In this document: positions 24,902 to 36,809 of the stretch, piece by piece
Layout of the letters: each line of letters opens with the position of its first letter
How positions within the stretch are numbered: the first letter of the stretch is position 1
Origin: Puccinia triticina
Lineage: Eukaryota
DNA length: 64,000 nucleotides
Direction: 5' to 3'
NCBI GenBank assembly: GCA_026914245.1
Contig: CP110440.1
Coordinates: forward strand, 2,480,001 to 2,544,000
Position numbers and translations under genes: made by a program
The notes under the pieces: generated by a model
Told to the model about the DNA's origin: nothing
Database searches by the model: none
What the model saw: only the letters and a program-made list of their open reading frames with translations

Positions 24902-27900
24902 TTAGTTTTGGATCCCGACATAACGCTTGAATTCACGTTCCATGTGATCGCACATTTGGTCTACCAATTCGGGTGGGTAATGTTTTCTAAGCCAATGCTG
25001 CTCAGGTGAATCAAAATGAAAAGGAATCAATTCATCCGCTAAAGATTCCGCAAAATCCTTTCCTGATGACTCTAATAACTGCTTCTCCGTGCTCCTATCC
25101 ACTCCAAACATTTCTAGTAGGCCCAATACTTTCTCAATCTCGAGTCCGTTGTATCTGCTCCTTCGATGAAGCTCTTCAAAATTTTGCGCAACTATGCTTC
25201 CTTTTGCAAGATCGTCGAGTCCAATTGGTCTTGTTCTAGTAAATGTGTTTGAGGTTTCAATTCCTAAAGATTCCTTGATCCGATTCAAAACAAGAAATTT
25301 TCTTGCCGGAACCAGGCGTTCTTCCAGTGGAGAAACTGCGCCCGTAGGTGATTTGGGAAATTTAACTGTCAGGCAGTAGAATTTTTGGATCCTGTCGCTT
25401 TCTGACTTGGTAAGACGTTCTGACTGGGGAAGATTTTGATTTTCGACCAAGTGCTTGCTTATCACATTCCAATTGTCAACAACCGTCCGTTCAAAAACCT
25501 GTTTGGCCAATGTTTTCATCCTTCTCATGAACTCCCAAGAGTTTTTAAAAACATCACCCATCCACCAAGTTACACAAACTAGAAATTTCACCCTATCTTC
25601 AGGCCTGTGCCATACGTCCCGGAGTGCCGCGTAGGTATGATAATCCAAATCCGGCAAAGATAAATGAACAGTTGAGTCAACAATATTCATATATCTTGAT
25701 ATGCTGTCCATCAAGTCTAAATCTACGCCTAGCTGTCTCCATAACTTCACATGATCTCTGCCGAACCTTCTTGATGGAGGTGCATCTGTTTTCCAAGTTT
25801 TAAGTCGATTTTCAAGGACCTCAAGTTTCAGTGGCTTGCGCTGGCTCTTTGGTCGTGGTAACCCTGGATAAATGTGACCTTCTTTACTGGCAAAAGGTAT
25901 CAAGGCTGCGTCCAAGCATAGAAAAATAGGTCCATTGATAAACGCATATACGTCTTTGTCAGAAGGTCCTGGAAGTTTAAAGCCCTGTAAATTGGAAACA
26001 TAGGCAAAAAAAAATTTCAGAAAAAAATCAATTCTATTGTTCAAAGAGTTTCAATCATTCAATAGAAATTGGGTGCAATTGAAAACCTTTTGTTGAATCT
26101 TCCCAATTTCATGAGGGTCACTCACCTCATTTATTTCCTCAACCGTATATCCTCCCTTGCCTTGACCCTCCTTCTCATCCTTCAGCTCGATGCTCCCTAG
26201 CTCCTTTTCAGATGTTATTTTGGTGCTACACATGTATCAAAAGATCAAGGTTCAAGTTTCCGCTTAGTTTTAAATAATGGACTTGATGTGTTTCAAAAAT
26301 TAATTAGAAGTCTGATACTCAACCGGATTTACTGACTTTCTCTCTTTTTCAAGTGCTTTCAATAACTTCCAATCATCGTCCAATTTTTGCTTGCTGCCTG
26401 TCGACTTTTTCTTCTTCTTTTTCCTTTTCTGAGATGCTTTCATACCAGCCGTTTTTCCAGATTCATCAAATCCTGCCACTTGCAATGAACCAGCATCATT
26501 ACTTGTTCCATCGCCGCTGTTTTTTTGTTAGATACATTTCCTTTCAATTATTTCACGTCGATTGGAATCGGAAAGAAGTAGAGGTGATGATCAGGCTTAC
26601 TTTTGATCAGGTCTGAGGTCGGCGCCATCAGTTTCTTCATCTTTATTTTCTTTTCCCTCGGGCGAAGGAAGAACAGGATGTTCCGGATTTGATATCTGAT
26701 CCGAACCTGCTGGGGTTTCTTCATGTGTTGAGACTGAATCAACACTAGCTTGGTTACCCAAGACTTCCCAGTATCCCTTTCGCAATCCATCTGAGTTCAC
26801 ATTCTTTATCTCTGTGAAATCAATCTTCCTGTAAATTGAAATGAATCAATTTTCGTTCACATTCTTTCAAAGCTCATTTCGCGTCAAACTTACGCCTTGT
26901 TAGTCTTTACATGGGTCCTCAACCCTGAATGTTCTACGCCGCCTACGCTACCAGGACCAGAAGAAAAGTGGGGGTCTACCTTGGCGGGCTTTGAATATGT
27001 GACTCGGTCAGCATTGGGATTGGTTGCATCAGCGGCGCCAAAGGTTGCTTGAGACTTGAGCGATGGAAAGGCTTCGGCTTGGTATTCGGGAGGTTTTTGG
27101 CCACTTCTCGTAATCCGGGGCTGTCCGACTGCTGTCAAACCCTTTGCGCTTGCCCGGGCATGCGGTTCGACCAAGTTAGGATTTGGATTTTGATTATTCC
27201 AATGAGTTCCTTGCGACCCGGATATAATTTTTTTCTTCTGTTTTGCAACTCCGGTGAGTTTTTTCGCCTTGGATATCGGCACGTCTTCCTCTTTCAAGAC
27301 CACATTTTTGTAAGTGATTTCAGAAGCAACAACAGTCTTTTGATTCTCTGAGAGGTTAGGTTTGGGTTTTACAAGTGCATCGAGCTGGGGGAATTCCAAG
27401 TCATTCATGAATTTATTGGGTACAGACATCGCACGACTATTTTCTGATTCATGCGGCAGACTTTGCTGCAATTGGCCAGTTTGAACCGGAAGTGTATCAG
27501 CAGGGGGAAACGTTTCCTCTTGATTGTGTGAGGCAACATCAATCTTTTGGCGAGTTAGGTCTTGGTTATTTACTACTTGAGTCTTCGTCAAATGGGCGGC
27601 CTCGCTCACAGGGACAACAGTTTTTCCAGAGAGAGGATGGGTAATTTTAATCTTGGACCCGGGAAACTTCTCATTTTTCAGATCCTCAACTTTCCCGAAC
27701 GTGGGAAGATCTACGGACGCCCTCAGTCCAGCCAGATCATATGCCGAGCCTCCAATCCCATTCAAAGGAAATCCCGGACTGCTGGCTTTGTTCTTCCCAT
27801 TGAGAGGCGTGGAAAGGTCCCTGGAATTATCTTTCTGTTCAAGATGTGTGGAAGAGTCCTCCGCAATTTTGGTCGAACTTGGATCCACTTTTTCTGGGGT

Positions 27901-28721
27901 ATCACTAGTGGTCTTCGGAACTTTTGGCTGGCGCCCGGCTTGATTTTCTGTCTCTCCCTGGTGGAAATCCATCGTCGGCGTAATTAAACCCTTGGCTGGC
28001 AGCTGCCTACGTTCGTCGCTATCTACGGCCAAATACTAAAAACAGCAAAATTTGCCAAAAAGATTTACACAATCAGTAGTGTATTGATGCAGATGTTTAC
28101 ATTATTTTTATGAACCACTGAGGGAGACATTACTGGTTGGTTAATACTACTCTGTCGGACAGGTAGTTCGGGGACTTGCGGTTTCCCCGAAAATCCACCG
28201 TATCCTCCGCCAGAATCCATCGGCTTGACAAGCGCTTTCAAGCGTGAGGATACCTCTTGTGAAGATTTTGCCTTCCGCACAGCGCGCTCTTCGTCCCTTT
28301 CCTTGATCCGACGTTGAAATATTTCCTCGTGACGCTCGGGCGTTGCGTTGAGGATTGACGCGTACTGTGGATATAGCATATTTTGGTGCGGTAACCTTGG
28401 TTGAACAATTGGAACTAAATGCTCAGCAAGCAGCATACATGGGTGGGATTGATACTGGTACGCGTCAGCATAAGTCAAAGGGTATGGGTTGCGCATCCTT
28501 GTGCTGTAAAAACCAGGTTGGGCGGTATGGACGATGGAATAGCCTTCGGGCACATGTTCGCTTTCGACATGAGCTGGGGCACTCCAAACGCTGGATGATG
28601 TCCTGGGGTTTTGCGGGAAACCGGGGTGCATCGGAACTCCCTGGACAGCGCGGAGCACGTGGCAGAGGCTAATAAAAAAAGCCAGCCAGCATTGAGTTTG
28701 TGAAAGTGGCCAATCTGCCAT
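24902..28721 (-). CDS. Large putative secreted protein of unknown function, about 5 exons
   Basis: N-terminus MADWPLSQTQCWLAFFISLCHVLRAVQG is signal-peptide-like. Consecutive minus-strand ORFs (28065-28721, 26890-28032, about 26300-26830, 26051-26233, 24902-26044) are separated by short intron-like gaps. Splice sites not all verified. Confidence 0.65.
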
Positions 28722-30532
28722 CCTTGAGTGGGTGGCCTGGAAGACGAGACTCTGATAGTGTCCCGAGGGGAAAAGCGTGAGTTGACTGAAAGACTAGCTG
28801 AGTTGTTGAGGAGTGACACTCCAGCCTGCGAAAACGTGTACAATTTGATGACCCTGCTAGGTCGATAATTAATTGAATATTGGCCTATGTTGGCCCAAAA
28901 GGCTCATCTTGTCTTGAAACTCAGCGGCCAAAGGTATTCGTGGTTTCAGAGTGCAAAAATCCTTGGAACTGGAAGAGCTCTTTGGAAGAACGGTAGACCA
29001 GACGCGACAGCATCTTGCCATCCGGTTCAAGACATGTCACATCTCAACAAACCCGGAATCTGATGTAAAACAAGCTATTAGCTGGTTCCACTCCTTTTAC
29101 AGGCGAGGACTGATACATATGCCTAGGTTGGTATAGGCTTATCCAAGCCGTCTCCAATCTTCCATCTCTGCACACGTTTCCGGGAAGAACTTCGCGGCTG
29201 TCGTTGCCACTAGGAAGCTCTTCCCGTAGGCCCCTGTGGTCCCTACTAGTGGGTAGGTTTTCACCTGGGTCAGTGTTCGGGTCTCGGCGGAGGGCTTCGA
29301 GTCCACTGGGATGTCTCTGCCTGTGGGGAGTCTCAACCCGGTAGGAAGGAGCCTCTTGGCGAGTACCAGTGGATCAAAGACCCTCCTCCTGAAGCAGAGA
29401 GGAAAGCATAGGAGAGGCTGCCGTGGCAGGTGTGGAGAAGGGGTTTGGGCTACAACTACGTCCAAGTCCCCGTGTTCCTCGCCGCCGCAAAGCGCCCCCG
29501 GCGCAGGAGCGAGCAGGGTGGGTGGGAGGCTAGCATAGAGCATCTCCAACGGTCCGGGGGGCAGTTGGCCTGCGTTCCCCGGCCCGCGAGCACATGTCAC
29601 AGCAGTCGCGGCTCAGCTCCAATTATGGACTGGCTGTTCAAGCCGCAATCCGACAGACGGATTTCACTCCTCCAGGACCACCCACCACCCTTGTTCCAGT
29701 CATCAATGGGAGTATAGCATACTCCCCTCGATGACCGCAACGTTCTGGTCATCGGGAGGCATGTACATCAATGACCAGAACGTTCTGGTCATCGGGACGC
29801 ATGTATCTCGATGACCGGAGCAAACGACGGAACAACTCCTCTCGATGACCCAAGTGGACCAGTCATCGAGAGGGGTCATGATATTTTATACTCCTCTCGA
29901 TGACCGGAGAGAACCGTGCAGTCATCGAGCGGAGTTGTTTACTCCTCTCGATGACCGGAGAGAACTGTCCAGTCATCAAGCGGAGTTGTTTACTCCTCTC
30001 GATGACTGGAGAAGACCACGCACGTATCTCAATGACCGGAGCAAACCCGGTCATCAAGAGGAGGAAACAATCCTCTTGATGACCCGAGACCAGTCATCGA
30101 GGGGAGTTATCTCACATTGCACTCTTCTCGATGACAGGAACGGGCCTGGTCATCAAGGATGTACGAGTGGTTACTCCTCTCGATGAACGGAGAGAGCCGG
30201 TCATCAAGGTAATTGTTTACTCCTCTCGATGACTGGCTGAGAGAACCAGTAATCGAGAGGAGTACATATTTGATCCTCTCAGTGACCGGAACAGACCTGG
30301 TTATCGAGAGGACTCTTGACTTAATCCAATGCAGACATGTTTTTTTCTGTCTTGGCGAGCTTCGATGTAGGAGTTGGGGTGTGTTGTGGACCATCTTTGC
30401 TGATGAAGTCGAGTGGATGGAGGTGTGTCTGGTCAATTGCGGCTGGGAGGCGACCCGCAGAAGTCAGCAGGTGATCGCGGGTTTGACTCCCCCCGGCAGT
30501 GTTCCCAGGGTCGTTCTGCGGGTCCGTTAAGC

Positions 30533-32180
30533 CGAGCTTAACTAAGAGCATTTCCACCGCGGGCCCTAAATTGGGGCCCTAGTTGGAAATTTCAGGAGTT
30601 TACCGCCTCAACCCGACCCACCGCGGGCGCTATTTGTGTTGAAAATTTACGGCCGTCCCTAAATATCGACCTTGAGTCCCTACATGTAGGGACTCCGAGG
30701 GACTCACTAGGGACTCATTCATCCCCATCTCAACTCCCTTTCACACACCAAACTCCTCGTGAAACTACAGCTCACACCCCCAAATGTACAATCCCTTCAC
30801 AGGCCAAGGCAGGCCGGCCATCAAGAGGTACTCCCCTCAATGGCCCGTTTGTTCCAGTCATCGAGAGGAGTACATTCTCCCCTCGATGGCCGGTTCCTTC
30901 CGGTCATCAAGAGGAGTACATACTCCCTTTGATGGCTGGTTCCTCCGGTCATCAAGAGGAGTACATACTCCCCTTGATGTCCGGTTCCTTTCGGGTATCA
31001 AGAGGATACTCCCCATGATGACCGGAACAAACTGGTCCGTTCTGATCATTGAGGGGAGTTGGCCGGTTCGTTCCAATTATCGAGGGAAGTATATACTCCC
31101 CACGATGACCGGAACAGCCCGGATTGTTCCGACTTCATCGAGGGAGGTACATATTTACTCCCCTCGATGGCTGGTTCGTTCCAGTTATCGAGAGGGGTAT
31201 ATACTCCGCACAATGACCGGAACGACCCGCTTTGTTCCGATCATCAACAAGAGAACTCCCTTCGATAACCGGGTGGATTTGACGGGGGAGTGGACTGGGG
31301 GCGACGCATGCCTTTCATGACTTTTTACAGACTCTTGCGGTGTATGCCGCAGCAGTTTGGGGCGCTAAAACTGGCTGCGCACTGCCAGAGATCAAATTTT
31401 AGCGCCCCAAAAATACCGCCCGCGGTGGAAATGCTCTAAGCCTCTCCAAGGAGGCGCGAAGCGTCTCCGAAGGAGAGGCTTATGACTAAAGTCCCATTCT
31501 TGGCCTGAGGCTGACGGGGTTTTACAGAGAAAATTGTGTTTTTTGAAATTACATCTCTTTTTACTCCCCTCTTTTGGCTTCAATTTCAATGCCTCATGTG
31601 CCAGTTTGTAGGTCTTGATCTTAGCTATCTTGTACAAGTTTTTTCAAGTAAATCCATTCATCACTGAACGCTCAGCGGCCATTCTTGTGAGGGCTCTTCT
31701 TGAGCAATGTGAACAAGCCATCAGATCATCCAAAGGTCGCCGTTGGACATGCTCTCACGGGTTTGTTTGGTATTAACTTAAAAATGGCTGGTCTCTCAAA
31801 GAGTGCCATCCCATGCAGGCAGCTTGCGGTAGAGATGTCCAACCTTATTTTCATGTGTTTAGGCCGGACGCGCTATCCGGTCTACACCAGGCCGGATAGG
31901 CTCTAAAGTGGGGTTTTTTACATCAATTTCTCTTTGAGGGGATGGGGGTAGGTATTGTGCTGAATAAATGATATTATGTAGAAATGAAAGCTGATTCTAA
32001 TGGTACTCGAGGCTGTGAAGAAATCAGAAGGGTATACGGTGATAGGTGGGTTTGAAGGGAATTTTGGACAAATGGCTGGGCAGCCTCAAGCCAAATTTGG
32101 GACATTAGGCACAAGTCCCTCCCGCAAGTGGGAGGGTGCTCGCGCCCCGCGAGCACAAGGAGGGACTTGTGTTAAGTTCG
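30533..32180. mobile_element. Academ-type non-autonomous derivative
   Basis: Right end GGGACTTGTGTTAAGTTCG. Left end CGAGCTTA[insertions]ACTAAAGTCCC. Flanks CCGTTAAGC / CCGTTAGC, about a 9-bp TSD with one indel. Termini resemble those of 36241-42577. Confidence 0.6.
30546..31436. mobile_element. PIF/Harbinger (Tourist-like) element
   Basis: Perfect 19-bp TIR GAGCATTTCCACCGCGGGC, TSD TAA, internal TCGATGACCGG-type array. Confidence 0.9.
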
Positions 32181-33057
32181 CCGTTAGCGCGCAAGAAAGG
32201 AACCCGGGCGGCCAAAGTTCGCCCCCGAACGCCCAGTCGCGGCTCCTTTAGAGATGCTCTTAACTAAGCCTCTCAAACGGAGGGTCCGGGGGACCCCGCC
32301 CGGAGGGCTCTCCGTAGGAGAGGCTTATGCATAATGTCTGAAAGCTGGCAGACAAGGGAAGGATTTTCAATCCTAAAAAAACAAAAACAGAATTTAAAAA
32401 TCAACAACACATGTACAGAGAAATCTGAGTAGACAGTTCTCTCAGCAGTACTGATGCGCACCCTCACCCAAGTTTTTGAGGCATAAACTCCAAAACTGAT
32501 TGAAGGAACCTGTTTTGAAGGTCAAAGGAATCCTGAAGGATATTCCATTGCTCTGAAGATCCAATTTTGGATTTTCTGATAATATGCACAATTGAATATC
32601 TTATCTGCAACAATTGAGTGGCTACAGGTGTAGGATCTGCAGATATATGCAGGCTTGTGAATCCAATATCCACAAGGCATGATGGTTGTAATTCCTTGGT
32701 TTAAATTTCTTTGTGTTTTTGTATTTTTAAAAGATTAATACAAGGAAAACGGTTGGGATTGAGGAGATGAGACCAGCACCATTTGAAAGCTGAGGTTCTG
32801 TAGTATATTTTGGCTCTGGGACAGGTCCGCAGGATCTGAGGGGGAGGCTGGGTGATGCTAAGTATTTTTCCTCCAGCCATTCATGATTTCTTCCTCAGCC
32901 AAATTTTTGACTTTGTGCACAAGTCCCTCCCTGCGGGAGGGGCCGCTTTGCGGCCAGCCTCAGTGAGTCTCCCACCAGGGGGGACTTGTGTCAAGTTAGG
33001 GTGGGAGGTCTGAAAATAGATTTTGGCAATGAGCTGTGGAGAGTGAGTGGGATGAGC

Positions 33058-33968
33058 TAAGGGTGTTCCCTGGGGTTCGGGACGGGGCATGAGGGTCACC
33101 CCGAACCCCAGACCCCAATCATGCCCCGGGGCACCCTGAAGCCCCGGGGTATGCCATTTTCCTTTTCCTGCCGAAGTGAATCCAAGGGATGTGGCCCGCC
33201 CGGTATATCATCATTTAGGTTAGATTTTACCCCTGGTACAAGAGCGGAGAGCATTGAGGCCCAGAGTGTGAAATCTATGCATAGTAACATTGTGAACTTG
33301 GTTTCATTCTATTTTTATCCCTATTGGGCCGTTTGACACAAGACTTATCCTATCCTGTTGAAAATGGCTTGTAAATACCTGTCAATCCCGGCAACAAGCA
33401 TGGCTTCCAAGCGTGTATTCTCCAAAGGCTGACGAATTGTCTCCTGGCAGCGATCCACCCTCAAACCAAGGAACATAGAGCACCTCTTGTGTCTCAAGGG
33501 ATGGTACCAGGCTTTCAATGGCCCCTTGTAACATCCTTTCATCTTTTATCAGTGCTTACACCCGTTTCCTTGGGGTTCTTGCTTGTGCTTCTCAACTTGT
33601 TTCATTAAGGCCCTGTTTGGCTGCCGCGTTATACATCATAAATGGTCAAGTTTATGACGCGCAACCTCCGGGGGTTTCAAAGTTTTGGTGGCAACGGGGG
33701 GCAAACTTTGGGTTGCGGCGTCATAAATTCAACCATTTATGAAGTATAACGCGGCAGCTAAACAGGGCCTAAAATAAACCTGTACATACTACATATGGCC
33801 ATTGTAATTACAAAAAAAAAACCCAAAAAAAAGACACCACCCCCAAAGAAATCCTCCTTCTGCAAAAAAACACCATATGCCCCGGGGTTCAGGGCGTTTT
33901 TGAGGCCCATCCCGATGCCCCAGACCCTGGGGTCATGACCCAAACCCTGATTTTGGGGCACAGCCTTA
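33058..33968 (+). mobile_element. hAT deletion derivative retaining a degenerate C-terminal dimerisation domain
   Basis: TIR TAAGGGTGTTCCC / GGGCACAGCCTTA, perfect TSD GGATGAGC. 33340-33530 reads YPILLKMACKYLSIPATSMASKRVFSKG*RIVSWQRSTLKPRNIEHLLCLKGW. Confidence 0.9.
33609..33769. mobile_element. Tourist-like MITE
   Basis: TAA|GGCCCTGTTTGGCTGCCGCGTTATAC...GTATAACGCGGCAGCTAAACAGGGCC|TAA. Confidence 0.9.
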
Positions 33969-34572
33969 GGATGAGCAGTACCATGGGACAAAAGGAACCA
34001 CCAAGCAGCTATACTCCGAGAGGGTTTATGTGGTGTGAGCACAAGCCTAGTCCACTGCAAGAAAAACTCTAGAAACTGCTTGCAGTTGAGATGCAGCAAG
34101 CTTGAATCAAGCCACAGCTCAAGCTGGATTCAAGCATCCAAATTCTGTGCTGGTGCACCTTGAGTGTATACCTTGTTCAGCATCCCAATGGTGAACATTC
34201 TGTAGTGATCATGCAGTAGGCTGAGGTAAATGTTCAACCTTGAAAATGAGCATCCCCCTGAGCACCCTTTTATTTTATTTTATTAAACACTCCATGTGCC
34301 ATTGAATCCAGCCAGAATAACATAAAAAGGGTGTGTACACATGAAAGGGATATGTACATAAGAAATGAATATGTAAGCATGAAAGGGGAATGTGAGAAGG
34401 TTTATTAACACATAAGAGGGATATTTACACATGATGAAAGGGGTATGTATGCATGAAAGGGGTTGTATGTATGAAAGGAGTATGTGCAGTAAGGGGTATT
34501 TGCACATGAAAGGGATATGTAAACATCAAAGGGGTATGTAAACCTGAATGATGAAAGGGGTATTGAAAGGGA

Positions 34573-34939
34573 CAACAGTGGGTAGTTACGTTGCCAATAA
34601 CGGTAACGCAACGGTAACGTAATGATTTTTCAGCCATTATTGTTACCATTATTTGTAACGGCAGTGCGTTACAGTACCACTGCAACATGACAGAAAAATG
34701 TTGATGTTTGTTACGTTACTGGCGCCTGCGGAGCGCCAGATAACAGCCAATTTGGGCCCGTTACACGTTATCTGGTGGATAACACGCAGTAACAACCTGA
34801 AAAAAGAGCCCGTTACGTTACGCGCAAGGCCTGCAAAGACCTTGTTACAAATAATGTAACAGGAAGCTGCGGGCAACAAGGGTAGTTATGTTACCCAAAT
34901 TACGTGAATAACGTAACATAATGTAACTACCCATTGCTG
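34573..34939. mobile_element. GTAAC-rich MITE with 7-bp TSD
   Basis: CAACAGTGGGTAG...CTACCCATTGCTG with AAAGGGA duplicated on both sides. Confidence 0.85.
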
Positions 34940-35107
34940 AAAGGGATGTAAACATGAAAGCTTCATGAACACATGATGAAAGGGGTATGTACACATTGTG
35001 AAAGTGATACATGCACATGAAAGGGATACACTCACATGAAAGGGGTATGTGCACATTAAAGGGGTATGTGCACATGAAAGGGGTATGTGTACATGAAAGG
35101 GGTGTGT

Positions 35108-36211
35108 TAGAGAATCTGCCGTTGGACCCGGGTGCCGCACCCGTTTTACCTGAAAAATAGGCACCTGCACCCGTAGCCAGCACCTGCCGGCGGGTGCCGT
35201 GGGTGTACCGGCGGTGTACCGGCGGGTGCCGCCGGAAAGGATCCCTTCCGGGAGACAAGGCTGTTGTAGTCTTGTTGTCCGCAAGGGATCCGCGGACGAC
35301 GAGGCTATAACAGCCTTGTTGCTCGCAGGTGATCCCTTGCGGACAACAAGGCTGTATCTTGTCGTCCGCAAGGGTTCACTTGCAGACGACAAGGCTGTAT
35401 CTTGTTGTCCGCAAGGGTTCACTTGCGGACGACGAGGCTACAACAAGGGATCCCTCCCGGACGACAAGGCTACAACAGCCTTGTCTCCCGGAAGGGATTC
35501 CTCCCAGACGACGAGGCTACAACAGCCTTGTCTCCCGGAAGGGATTCCTCCCGGACAAAAAGGCTATGCTGTAGCCTCTTTGTCTGGACGACCCAAACAC
35601 CGCCGCATCCGGGGGAGCTGGGGCAGTACCTGGGCAGGTACCCGGGTGCCGCACCCGTTTTACCCAAAAAACAGGCACCCGTACCCGCACCCGGCAGCCG
35701 CGCGCGGGTGCAGGTCAGGTGCCGGATTTTAGACAAGTGAAGTATGAGTGATCCGACTTAGAGGAGCACACGAGCAAGACACAAGAAAAGCCAACCTTTT
35801 AGACGAGTGAAGTATGAGTGATCCGACTTACAGGCACACCTTTTAGACGAGTGAAGTATGAGTGATCCAACTTAGAGGAGCACACGAGCGAGACACAAGA
35901 AAAGCCAACCTAGAGAAAGAAATGAGTGAGACGAGAGCAAAAGAAAGATAGTGAAAGACAACAGTACCTGAGACACGGGGAGCGTGGATCAGTGTTTGAG
36001 GGAAAAACCGAGTTGAATGAATGAAGAAAAGAGATTGGGTACAATGTGCCCGAAGGCTCTTAACTAACTACAACTAGGTTTAGACTACTGCGGCGAAGCT
36101 ACGTTGATACTATAACAAGGTGACTAAATGAAACCACAGAATAGTTCAATACCGGAGGTACCTGCCAACAGGTGCCGGGTACCTGCCGCGGGTCCAATGT
36201 CAGATTCTCTA
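35108..36211. mobile_element. hAT-like non-autonomous element
   Basis: TIR TAGAGAATCTG / CAGATTCTCTA, perfect 8-bp TSD GGGTGTGT, internal tandem repeats at 35250-35580 and 35730-35910. Confidence 0.9.
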
Positions 36212-36809
36212 GGGTGTGTGCACATGAAAGGGAAATTTGCCTAACTTATCAAAGTCCCTCCCGATGTGGGAGGTTGGAGTTTGGAGATTGGGTGGTGGTA
36301 CGGGGGGTAGCTCATTTGGGTGGAGCTTAAGTTTGGGTGGTGGCAAAGCCATCCCTCCCGCAGGGAGGGACTTAGGACTTACCCGACTGTTTGGGTGGGA
36401 GACCACCCACCAAAAAAGGATGAAAATCTACACTCTGAATTTTCCAGCCTGCAGCTTAAAGGCTGTCCCCCCCATTATTGGAACTTAAGAAGATACACAC
36501 TTTGCCAATTTTTTAAGCTCTTCAACTCAACACAATACCATCAACAGCTGTTCTAAACATTTTTCAAAGGAATCTCAAAGAATTTCAAGCTCTAGGCTGA
36601 CACAGCCAATATGTATAATCTTCTTTTTTTCATTTGGCCCTTTTCCTTTCCCTCTTTTTTTCGATCATCTCCTCTTTACGTATCAATATATATCAATTAA
36701 ACTCAACAGTCCCTCTTTCGAATCTCTCCCTTTACATACCCCGCATATAGCCATCACCCTGCCATCACCTCCCTCCAAAAGCTATCCAACTTCTCACAAT
36801 CTCAGCAAT

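Larger units (their letters stand above)
29538..32259. mobile_element. PIF/Harbinger-type non-autonomous element hosting nested insertions
   Basis: TIR GAGCATCTCCAACGG / CCTTTAGAGATGCTC (13/15). Flanks ATA/TTA. Internal TCGATGACCGG repeat array at 29720-30320. Confidence 0.65.

Noticed and set aside
29139..29600. 153-aa minus-strand ORF
   Set aside because: It starts inside a Harbinger element and has no recognisable domain.
29720..31270. CRISPR array
   Set aside because: Eukaryotic context, repeats alternate in orientation, spacers are short and irregular, no cas genes, and the arrays lie inside TIR/TSD-bounded elements.
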